Assembly (NCBI GenBank): GCA_943354465.1
Contig: CALRCC010000001.1
Location: 1 to 37,208 of the forward strand
Length of the DNA stretch: 37,208 nt
Origin: Candidatus Ryanbacteria bacterium
GTDB taxonomy: Bacteria > Patescibacteriota > Minisyncoccia > Ryanbacterales > GWA2-47-10b
Direction: 5' to 3'
Below are positions 18,903 through 26,519 of the stretch, piece by piece (position 1 is the stretch's first letter; each line of letters starts with the position of its first letter). The notes under the pieces were generated by a model, which was not told the DNA's origin, searched no databases, and worked only from the letters and a program-made list of their open reading frames with translations. The translations under genes were made by a program, and so were the position numbers.

Positions 18903-19693
18903 TGGCAGTCAAGCGTAGATCGAATATCTATGATCCAAAGTCTTCTGCGCCTTTTCGGCTTTCGCGCTCAAAAATTGAAAATTATATGCGTTGCAAGCGC
19001 TGTTCGTATCTTGATAGGCGTTTGGGTGTCAGCGAGCCCGATGGTTATCCATTTAATCTCAATAGTGCGGTAGACCATTTACTCAAAAAAGAATTTGATG
19101 TTCATCGTGCAAATGGCAATGCGCATCCGTTGATGGAGTCTTACGGTATTGATGCAATACCATTTGATCATCCGGAGATTGATAGATGGCGTGAGAATTT
19201 TGTTGGTGTGCAGTATCATCATACGCCTACCAATTTTATTATCACTGGTGCGGTTGATGATGTCTGGATAAATCCAAAAGGTGAATTACATGTGGTTGAT
19301 TATAAGGCTACGAGCAAAGACGGCGAAGTAAGCCTTGATGCTGATTGGCAAGATGGCTACAAACGGCAGATGGAAATCTATCAGTGGTTGATGCGTCGCA
19401 TTGGCTTTAAAGTCTCTAATACTGGCTATTTCGTATATGCTAACGGCAAGCGCGACCGTGCAGCATTTGATGCCAAGCTTGAGTTTGATATAAAGATTAT
19501 CCCGTACACTGGCGATGACTCGTGGCTTGAACGAACCATAAAAGAGATTCATAAAACATTTTCAGCTGATATTTTGCCGCCGTCTAGTGGTGGATGCCAA
19601 TATTGTCTGTACCGCGAGGAGGCAGATAAAGTACTCAAACCGCTTGGCAAAAAACCCAGTATCAAAAAACAAAACTCGCTTTTTGGCCCGTAA
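18902..19693 (+). CDS. PD-(D/E)XK nuclease family protein (Cas4/RecB-like, 4-Cys)
   Basis: Motifs GAVDDV, HVVDYK (D/ExK) and QMEIYQWL (QxxxY). Cys pairs CKRC near the N-terminus and CQYC near the C-terminus. TAATG overlap with bcp. Confidence 0.8.
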   Translation: MAVKRRSNIYDPKSSAPFRLSRSKIENYMRCKRCSYLDRRLGVSEPDGYPFNLNSAVDHLLKKEFDVHRANGNAHPLMESYGIDAIPFDHPEIDRWRENFVGVQYHHTPTNFIITGAVDDVWINPKGELHVVDYKATSKDGEVSLDADWQDGYKRQMEIYQWLMRRIGFKVSNTGYFVYANGKRDRAAFDAKLEFDIKIIPYTGDDSWLERTIKEIHKTFSADILPPSSGGCQYCLYREEADKVLKPLGKKPSIKKQNSLFGP

Positions 19694-19711
19694 TTTTCTA
19701 TACTACCGTCT

Positions 19712-20368
19712 ATGGAAAACGAACAAATACAATCTCAGGATGCTGAGAGTCCTACTAAAAAAGATCAGCGTGCCGCAGAGCGCGCTGCGCGTGATGCCGT
19801 AGCCTTACGCCGCGTGCAGATGCGCAAGGTCAAAAAGATTGGCTTCTGGGTCATTGTTATTTTACTTATCGTCGGTGGTGGATATTTTGTCTATAAATCA
19901 ATGCCCGAGGAGCGCGAGCTTGGTACTGATTACTCACGCGCCGTTGAAGATGGTGGTCAAACACATACCAAAGAGGGCGAGAAGACTACTACTTGGAAAT
20001 CAAACCCACCCGTATCAGGTCCGCACTGGCCTGACCCACAACGCGACGGTATCTACGACAAAGAATTGCCAGAGGAGGGCGTGGTACATTCACTCGAGCA
20101 TGGCCGCATTTGGATTTCATACAAGCCAAGTATCTCGCAAGGTACCAAGGACAGGTTGATAGAGCTTGCACGCAAGAATACCTATCTTGTTGTCTCCGTG
20201 CGTGTCGCAAATGAGACCGATGTAGCGTTGTCCGCATGGAATCGTCTTGATACTTTTAATCTCAACGCTGACGGCAGTTTTGACACTGTACGCGTCCAAG
20301 ATTTTATTGACAGATATCGTGACAAGGGTCCAGAAAAGGTGCCTGTCATGATGGGCAAAGAGTACTAA
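19712..20368 (+). CDS. DUF3105 domain protein, membrane-anchored
   Basis: TM anchor IGFWVIVILLIVGGGYFVY. DUF3105-type PVSGPHWP and VVHSLEHGRIWISY. Confidence 0.8.
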   Translation: MENEQIQSQDAESPTKKDQRAAERAARDAVALRRVQMRKVKKIGFWVIVILLIVGGGYFVYKSMPEERELGTDYSRAVEDGGQTHTKEGEKTTTWKSNPPVSGPHWPDPQRDGIYDKELPEEGVVHSLEHGRIWISYKPSISQGTKDRLIELARKNTYLVVSVRVANETDVALSAWNRLDTFNLNADGSFDTVRVQDFIDRYRDKGPEKVPVMMGKEY

Positions 20369-20409
20369 TGAAAAAAGTATTATTTGTGGGCGAGATATTC
20401 ACAAAGATA

Positions 20410-20437
20410 TTGTTTGTAAAAAAAAGAAAAATATAGT
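20410..20437 (+). promoter_or_regulatory. candidate promoter for the zinc-ribbon gene (TTGTTT-16 nt-TATAGT)
   Basis: -35 at 20410-20415 and -10 at 20432-20437. Would give a ~100-nt leader. Confidence 0.35.
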
Positions 20438-20545
20438 ATTGTAGGCGCACTCAACGATTAGGCAATTTTCATAGTTTAGGAAAAAGAAGTCGCTTGCCTA
20501 GCTCGAAGGAGGATTATAAGGAAAACTAGGCAACGGCACATTCAT

Positions 20546-20740
20546 ATGGATATGCAACAACCAGCGCGTCAGATTCACGATGTAACATCATTTGGAATCA
20601 CTTGCGCAAGCTGTGGCAATGCTGTGACCGAGCTTCCGTTTCAGCCCACAAAGCGTGATGACGGAACATACGGTCGCATCTTCTGTCGCGATTGCAATCG
20701 CAACCGCCAACCAAGCGGAGGCGGAGGTTTCCGCCGATAG
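20546..20740 (+). CDS. small CxxC...CxxC zinc-ribbon protein with Gly/Arg tail
   Basis: 64 aa. CASC and CRDC are separated by 23 residues (LPFQPTKRDDGTYGRIF). Resembles the CxxC-x17-CxxC family. The tail is SGGGGFRR. Confidence 0.7.
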   Translation: MDMQQPARQIHDVTSFGITCASCGNAVTELPFQPTKRDDGTYGRIFCRDCNRNRQPSGGGGFRR

Positions 20741-20754
20741 TCGGCGCAAACAAC

Positions 20755-20790
20755 AAAAACCCCAAAGCATAGCTCTGGGGTTTTTGTTTT
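20755..20790. terminator. bidirectional rho-independent terminator
   Basis: AAAAA-CCCCAAAG (20760-20767), loop CATAG, CTCTGGGG (20773-20780), then TTTTTGTTTTTT. Lies between convergent genes. Confidence 0.7.
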
Positions 20791-21579
20791 TTAAATGGCG
20801 AGTGAGATGATGATCACGCCCGCGAGTGCAAGGCGATAATACACAAATGGCATCAGCGTTGAGCGTTGGGCTATTTTGGTTATCAGATTGATGGCGGCGA
20901 TAGCCGATACAAATGCGGCTATAAAACCAAAGACATTGGGGCCAGTGATAACAAGCTCTGGTCCGGCTGTAAGTGTTTTGATGGCAGCGGCCATGATAAT
21001 AGGAGTTGAGAGTAAGAATGAAAAATGTGTAGCTTCAGTGCGTGTTTTGCCCAACAGCAATCCTCCAGAGATCGTAGCCCCAGAGCGAGAAATTCCAGGA
21101 AAGAGCGCTAGCGCTTGAAAGATTCCGATAATGAAACCCTCGTATGGCAGGATCATCCCACTATCATGATTTTTACGATGGCGCATATATTCTGCGCCTG
21201 CTATGAGCGCGCTACCAACTATGAGCCCTATCGCCACAACAAGTTGTGTTCGCAATGTATTTGTGACCGCGTCTTCAAATAAAATACCGACCAGTCCTGC
21301 AGGGATTGTGCCCAAAATAATATTAAGTAAAAGTTTACGCCCTCGCGTATCAATGCGCGAAGTAAATGATTTGACTAGATGCGCCCAATCAGCGCGAAAA
21401 TACCAAATGACAGCAAGCGCTGTAGCCATGTGTACCATCACATCAAATGGAATAGCGGTTTTGGCGGAAATGCCAAAAAAATCTTCCAATATAATAAGAT
21501 GCCCAGTAGATGATACTGGGAGAAACTCGGTAAGTCCTTGCACTATACCAAGAAGCGTCGCAGTAAAGTAGCTTTGCAT
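20791..21579 (-). CDS. uppP: undecaprenyl-diphosphate phosphatase
   Basis: GIVQGLTEFLPVSSTGHLII and PGISRSGATISGGLLLG. ATG 21579 preferred over the upstream TTG 21597. Confidence 0.92.
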   Translation of the reverse strand: MQSYFTATLLGIVQGLTEFLPVSSTGHLIILEDFFGISAKTAIPFDVMVHMATALAVIWYFRADWAHLVKSFTSRIDTRGRKLLLNIILGTIPAGLVGILFEDAVTNTLRTQLVVAIGLIVGSALIAGAEYMRHRKNHDSGMILPYEGFIIGIFQALALFPGISRSGATISGGLLLGKTRTEATHFSFLLSTPIIMAAAIKTLTAGPELVITGPNVFGFIAAFVSAIAAINLITKIAQRSTLMPFVYYRLALAGVIIISLAI

Positions 21580-21627
21580 GTGAATTATAGTATGCAAGAT
21601 TTTTATGAATTATGCTACTATTCATAT

Positions 21628-23577
21628 ATGGAAGATAATCAGAAGATTCGCATTCCGTTACTGGGATTCACCGTTATTTTAACGGCGATATTCGCAATTG
21701 GGCTTAGGTGGGTATTTTTCGCGGCACCATCAACCGATAGCGCTATCTTTTATCTCTATGACTATGCGGTAGGCCTTACGATGATTTTTTTGCCGTGCAC
21801 ATTGCCACTTGCATTTGTGGTGGTACCACTCGCGATGGGCAAGGGATACGCTCGTGGTATTGGCATCGCAGCGGCTTTTGCCGCTGGCGTTACACTCACG
21901 CTTAGTTTTTATGGGGCACTATTGGGGCAAATCGGCTTAACCTTTTTGGGTAGTGCCGAGACGGCGAAAAACTGGATGTATATGTTTGCAGGTGCCATGG
22001 GGCTTCTCTTTGCATTTCATGATATTGGTTTGCGCGGGTTTAAAATGCCAACCTATAGCGGTGCGTTTCCTGATTTTATCCAGCGTCAGCAAGAGTTTGT
22101 AAAAGCATTTTTGCTCGGTCTTTTCTTGGGCAATGTGGGAGTTGGTTGTCCAAATCCACTTTTCAATGGCGTAATAATCCCGCAGATTTTGGTGAGCGGT
22201 AGTGCGTTTCAAGGGTGGCTCATCATGGTAGTACAGGCGCTCGGACGCGTGACTCCTCTATTCATCCTTACTTTTTATGCAATTTTGGGCGTCAATGCAA
22301 CTGGTTTTTTGGTCAAGCATCGCACCAAAGTTGAGAGATCGACAGGATGGGCGATGGTGTTTATCGCAGGTTTTCTGTTTACGCTTGGAACATTTACACA
22401 TGATTGGTATGTATCTTCAGGTATCCATACCTATCTTGAGAGCGTGACGCAGGAGGAGTTTATAACAAATATTTTAGGCTCAAATATAGGTAAGCTTGGT
22501 CACGCACACGAGGCTCCGCCAGCAGCAGGCAATCTATGGATTGGGAGTTATATGATGGTGACTATTTGGCTTATTCCGTTTATCTGGGTTTGGTTGCGCA
22601 AACGCCGCGAGGCCTATACATCTGCTGAAGCGGAGCGCGTGCAGAAGATACACGGCTCGCGCACATATCTAAGTTTTGTTGTTTGGCTCGCTATCGGTCT
22701 ATACACACTTTTTGGTTGGGTATTACCGCACAACTTCCAATTTCATACGAAACATATGGATATGGATATGGATATGGATATGGATATGGTATTTAGTAGC
22801 GCGGTGAGTACTGATCCTGCAATGCCAAAGCCGGACGAGATGACAAAGATAACTATCGCGCTAAAAGATGATGGTGGGGCGCCTCTGCAAGATCTAGAGG
22901 TCGATCATGAGCGTTTGGTGCATGTAATTATTGTCTCCGAGGATCTTGCAACCTTTATGCATATCCATCCTGAAGATTTTGAACCAATCACTGATGAAAT
23001 GCGTGCTAAGGGCGAGTTCTCTGTGCAAGTCAAGTTCCAAAATAGTGGTACATATTATATCGCAAGCGGATTCTCACATAAGGGGCATGCAGGCGTGGTG
23101 CGCAACACAATTATCGTGCATGGTGACAGACAAGAGCCGGTAGTGATTATAAAAAACACTATGCGTGAAGAGAGGTTTGATGATTTCATGGTAAGTCTAA
23201 AGACCAATCCAGAACAAATCCAATCTGGTGTGCCAGCGCATCTTGAATATACAATGACAGATGATGCTGGAAACCCAGTAGGCGATATGGTCAAATACCT
23301 TGGCGCGCCTATGCACTTGGCGCTTTGGAGTTATGATCTTGGCTATTTCCTCCATACGCACGGTGAGGTGCCAGGATATGGCCACGACGTGCCTGCTGGT
23401 GCGTCATTTGGCCCAACAATCGACACACATGTCACATTCCCATATCCAGGTCTGTACCGCGCGTTTGCGCAGTTCTCACGCGATGGCAACGACTATACCA
23501 CTACCTTTGATATATCTGTTACCAAAGGGCAAGGAGACGCAGGCATGATGCAAGACGGCGGTGAGCATGGCCACTAA
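21628..23577 (+). CDS. fusion protein: CcdA/DsbD-like thiol-disulfide transmembrane domain + (Met-Asp)5 linker + two tandem HxH Ig-like putative metal-binding domains
   Basis: TM Cys motifs FLPCTLPL and GVGCPNPL match the two conserved CcdA/DsbD cysteines. Linker HTKHMDMDMDMDMDMV. Two repeats carry LVHVIIVSEDLATFMHIHPE and MHLALWSYDLGYFLHTHGE. The Met/His tail is GDAGMMQDGGEHGH. Confidence 0.75.
   Translation: MEDNQKIRIPLLGFTVILTAIFAIGLRWVFFAAPSTDSAIFYLYDYAVGLTMIFLPCTLPLAFVVVPLAMGKGYARGIGIAAAFAAGVTLTLSFYGALLGQIGLTFLGSAETAKNWMYMFAGAMGLLFAFHDIGLRGFKMPTYSGAFPDFIQRQQEFVKAFLLGLFLGNVGVGCPNPLFNGVIIPQILVSGSAFQGWLIMVVQALGRVTPLFILTFYAILGVNATGFLVKHRTKVERSTGWAMVFIAGFLFTLGTFTHDWYVSSGIHTYLESVTQEEFITNILGSNIGKLGHAHEAPPAAGNLWIGSYMMVTIWLIPFIWVWLRKRREAYTSAEAERVQKIHGSRTYLSFVVWLAIGLYTLFGWVLPHNFQFHTKHMDMDMDMDMDMVFSSAVSTDPAMPKPDEMTKITIALKDDGGAPLQDLEVDHERLVHVIIVSEDLATFMHIHPEDFEPITDEMRAKGEFSVQVKFQNSGTYYIASGFSHKGHAGVVRNTIIVHGDRQEPVVIIKNTMREERFDDFMVSLKTNPEQIQSGVPAHLEYTMTDDAGNPVGDMVKYLGAPMHLALWSYDLGYFLHTHGEVPGYGHDVPAGASFGPTIDTHVTFPYPGLYRAFAQFSRDGNDYTTTFDISVTKGQGDAGMMQDGGEHGH
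22756..22789 (+). repeat. (ATGGAT)5 hexanucleotide microsatellite inside the CDS
   Basis: Five perfect ATGGAT units (22756-22785) plus ATGG, encoding (MD)5M. Confidence 0.95.
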
Positions 23578-23582
23578 TCTCT

Positions 23583-23759
23583 ATGGATATTTTCGGCATA
23601 CTGTGGGCAGCATCGCTTTTGTTTTTTATCGCAGGCCCGTCGGTAGCTGGTATCGCATTTCATAAAAAGAAGATAACCTTTGCGCAGGCAGTGATCGCGG
23701 GTCTTGGGGCACTCACGATATCGGCAGCGCTTATTTGGTCGCTCGTCACCTTTATCTAA
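23583..23759 (+). CDS. unannotated 58-aa two-helix membrane protein
   Basis: ATG lies 5 nt after the upstream stop. Translation: MDIFGILWAASLLFFIAGPSVAGIAFHKKKITFAQAVIAGLGALTISAALIWSLVTFI. Followed by a terminator. Below the track cutoff. Confidence 0.45.
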   Translation: MDIFGILWAASLLFFIAGPSVAGIAFHKKKITFAQAVIAGLGALTISAALIWSLVTFI

Positions 23760-23776
23760 TCGTACGCAAACAAAAA

Positions 23777-23796
23777 CAGCATGCTATAGCATGCTG
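23777..23796. terminator. bidirectional rho-independent terminator
   Basis: CAGCATGC (23777-23784) TATA GCATGCTG (23789-23796), flanked by AAAAA and TTTTT. Confidence 0.75.
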
Positions 23797-23812
23797 TTTT
23801 TATAGATGAGAG

Positions 23813-24031
23813 TTACTTTGGGGTTGCCGAGTATCCGAGCTCAGCGACTGATTTTTGAATCTGTTCCACAGTTACTTTTGAGTCATCAAACTCAACTTCG
23901 CCTGATTTGGTATCCCAGCTCACTGAGGCATTTTGAATGCCGTCTTGTGTTGAGAGGACCATTTGTATACCTGCCGCGCATGAGCCACAGTGCATACCGC
24001 CCACGTCAAATTGTTTTTTTATGATTGCCAT
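23813..24031 (-). CDS. copZ: copper chaperone CopZ (HMA domain)
   Basis: 72 aa with GMHCGSCAAGIQ (MxCxxC). Lies 14 nt downstream of copA. Confidence 0.9.
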   Translation of the reverse strand: MAIIKKQFDVGGMHCGSCAAGIQMVLSTQDGIQNASVSWDTKSGEVEFDDSKVTVEQIQKSVAELGYSATPK

Positions 24032-24045
24032 ATTTTTTTATCTTA

Positions 24046-26445
24046 CTATGCCGTTTTTTCTCGCGCAATCTTGGGTTCGCGAAAGTATTTCAGAAGCAAC
24101 GAGTTGCCCACTACCGATACGGAGCTAAATGCCATAGCAAAGCCGGCATATTCAGGCTTGAGAAATGCGTTAAACGCGCTTTTGCCCCACGGGAGGCCAT
24201 TAACAAATGCAGGATAGTTTTGCCCGATGTAAAAGAGCAGACCTGCCGCCAGCGGAATACCTACAATATTGTAAATAAACGCCCAGAAAAGATTTTGCCA
24301 AATCTTGCGAATCGTTTTGCGTGAGAGATCGATGGCTGTGACAATATCGCGCAAGTCATCTTTGATAAGCACTATGCTACCGGTCTCGATCGCCACATCA
24401 GTACCCGATCCAACAGCGATACCGACTTCAGCTTGTGCAAGAGCAGGGGAGTCATTGACACCGTCGCCAACCATTGCTACTTTTTTGCCCTGTCTTTGAA
24501 GCTCTTTTATAACTTCTTCTTTTTTCTCCGGCAATACTTTTGCCATGACACGATCTATGCCTACAAGCTTTGCGATCGCATCTGCAGTTTTTTGGTTGTC
24601 ACCAGTGATCATGATGATTTCAAGACCTCGTTTTTTAAGTTCGGCGATTGTCTCGAAGGCGTGTTCTTTGAGTGTATCAGCCATAGCGAGAACCCCTATG
24701 AGTTTGCCATCGTATGCGATAAATATCGCAGTCTTTGCCTCATCTTGCAGGCGGTCAAGATCTTTCTCGCCAGAGGCATAATCAATGCCCATTGATTTCA
24801 TAAGCTCGTCATTACCCACCAAGACAGTCCTGCCTTCGTAAAGAGCTGAAACTCCTTTACCAGAAATATTTTTAAACTCTTTTGGCTCTGGGGGGTTTAG
24901 ATCTTTGGCGGCTTTGACGACTGCTTGCGCAAGTGGATGCTCTGACCCTCGCTCGGCAGTCGCCGCGATTTTGAGTACTTCATCGCGCGTCATACCGCCG
25001 ATTGGGACGATGTCGGTGACAGACGGCTCGCCCTTTGTAAGCGTGCCAGTTTTATCAAATGCTATAGCGTTGAGTGAACGAGTTTTCTCAAGCGCTTCGC
25101 CACCTTTGAGAAGTACGCCAAACTCCGCGCCTCTGCCCGTACCCACCATGATAGCAGTTGGTGTTGCCAGACCCATCGCGCACGGGCATGAGATAACAAG
25201 GACAGAAACAGCGGCCAATAGTGCTACAGCAATGATTTTACCCGCGATGTAATACCAATAGAAGAATGACAAGAGTGAGATGACCACAATAGTAGGCACA
25301 AAATATTCTGATACACGATCAGTAAAATCTTGGATAGGGGCGCGGGCGCTTTGTGCCTCTTCTACCATTTTTACGATTTGGTGGAGGAGCGTATCTTTGC
25401 CTACTTTGGACGCTCGACACTTGAGAAGCCCATAGCTGTTTACGGTAGCGCCGATCACTTGATCTCCAGCTTTTTTATTGACTGGGATGGATTCTCCAGT
25501 GATTATTTTTTCGTCTATAGCTGTTTCGCCATCAATGACAATGCCGTCAGTGGCTACTTTTTCTCCTGGTTTTACCAAAAATACATCGCCTATTTGAATA
25601 TCGGCAATTTTTACAGTTGTCTCTACTCCGTCACGAATGATAATGGCATCTTGAGGGGCTAGTTTTAGAAGCTTACGGATAGCGCTCGATGCTTGTCCCT
25701 TGGCGCGTGCTTCAAAATATCGACCGAGTATGAGGAATGATATAAGTGCGGCCGATGATTCCCAGTACGGGTGACTCAATCCTTGCCATATTTGCTGGTA
25801 AAAGAATGAGTCTTGGCTCAGCTTAAATGTCATTGAAAAGAAAAATCCAAATGCTGAGAGGAAGTAGGCAGTAGTGGTGCCGAGTACCACGAGCACGTCC
25901 ATATTTGTCGAGCCAACGCGGAGTGCCGTAAACGCATTGCGATAAAATGGCCATGCCACAAAAAACTGGATAGGCGTAGTCATGATCAAATAGATCCAAT
26001 TGAGGTCAACTAAAGTCCCATTACAGGCACCGTCAATGACTTTAATGAGGTTATCAGTTCCTCCTACGCATAGAGCGTGGCCATGCTGAAGGTTAAACAT
26101 ATGTACCGCCATATAGTATAGAATGATGGGGGTGGCGAGAAGAAACGATATAATTGTACGGTTGCGCAGATGCAGTATTTCAGCCAAACGGTGTTTTTCT
26201 ACTTCTTCCTCCTCTAGTGCGCCTTCTTTCGGTACGATAAGCCCATAGCCAAGTTTTTTGAGAAGGCCGCGTATCGCATCGAGCGTTATGGTGGCAGGAT
26301 CGTATTCAATAATAAGGCGTTCGGAGCTATAGTTTGCGTTTGCCTTAGAGACACCTTTTTGCGCTGATAAGATTTTATTGATGAGCACTTGGCAATTTGC
26401 GCAGTGCATCCCATGTACACGATAACTTTGACGGATAGTTGCCAT
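24046..26445 (-). CDS. copA: Cu(I)-translocating P1B-type ATPase
   Basis: N-terminal HMA GMHCANCQ, plus TGESIPV, CPC in SCPCAMGLATP, DKTGTLT, SEHPLA and GDGVNDSPAL. Confidence 0.96.
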   Translation of the reverse strand: MATIRQSYRVHGMHCANCQVLINKILSAQKGVSKANANYSSERLIIEYDPATITLDAIRGLLKKLGYGLIVPKEGALEEEEVEKHRLAEILHLRNRTIISFLLATPIILYYMAVHMFNLQHGHALCVGGTDNLIKVIDGACNGTLVDLNWIYLIMTTPIQFFVAWPFYRNAFTALRVGSTNMDVLVVLGTTTAYFLSAFGFFFSMTFKLSQDSFFYQQIWQGLSHPYWESSAALISFLILGRYFEARAKGQASSAIRKLLKLAPQDAIIIRDGVETTVKIADIQIGDVFLVKPGEKVATDGIVIDGETAIDEKIITGESIPVNKKAGDQVIGATVNSYGLLKCRASKVGKDTLLHQIVKMVEEAQSARAPIQDFTDRVSEYFVPTIVVISLLSFFYWYYIAGKIIAVALLAAVSVLVISCPCAMGLATPTAIMVGTGRGAEFGVLLKGGEALEKTRSLNAIAFDKTGTLTKGEPSVTDIVPIGGMTRDEVLKIAATAERGSEHPLAQAVVKAAKDLNPPEPKEFKNISGKGVSALYEGRTVLVGNDELMKSMGIDYASGEKDLDRLQDEAKTAIFIAYDGKLIGVLAMADTLKEHAFETIAELKKRGLEIIMITGDNQKTADAIAKLVGIDRVMAKVLPEKKEEVIKELQRQGKKVAMVGDGVNDSPALAQAEVGIAVGSGTDVAIETGSIVLIKDDLRDIVTAIDLSRKTIRKIWQNLFWAFIYNIVGIPLAAGLLFYIGQNYPAFVNGLPWGKSAFNAFLKPEYAGFAMAFSSVSVVGNSLLLKYFREPKIAREKTA

Positions 26446-26519
26446 AAAAATTTATAAATATGCTATATTAATATTAACTTTATCTTATCATAGTGGCTTA
26501 AATCACTCTATGCGTATAT

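Noticed and set aside
20368-20436. A 22-codon mini-ORF (MKKVLFVGEIFTKILFVKKRKI) that overlaps the DUF3105 stop as TAATG.
   Set aside because: It is too short and AT-rich to tell apart from chance, and it overlaps the candidate promoter of the next gene. There is no supporting signal beyond the TAATG overlap.
22756-22789. The tandem ATGGAT repeat as a CRISPR-like or regulatory repeat array.
   Set aside because: The unit is only 6 nt, there are no spacers, and the repeat lies in frame inside a CDS. It is a coding microsatellite.
26446-26519. A copper-responsive operator (CopY TACAnnTGTA or a CsoR GC-rich dyad) in the copA/cupredoxin divergent promoter region. The palindrome ATATTAATAT sits at 26466-26475.
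   Set aside because: No match to the known CopY or CsoR boxes. The AT-only palindrome is expected by chance in such AT-rich DNA, and no regulator gene is present in the window.
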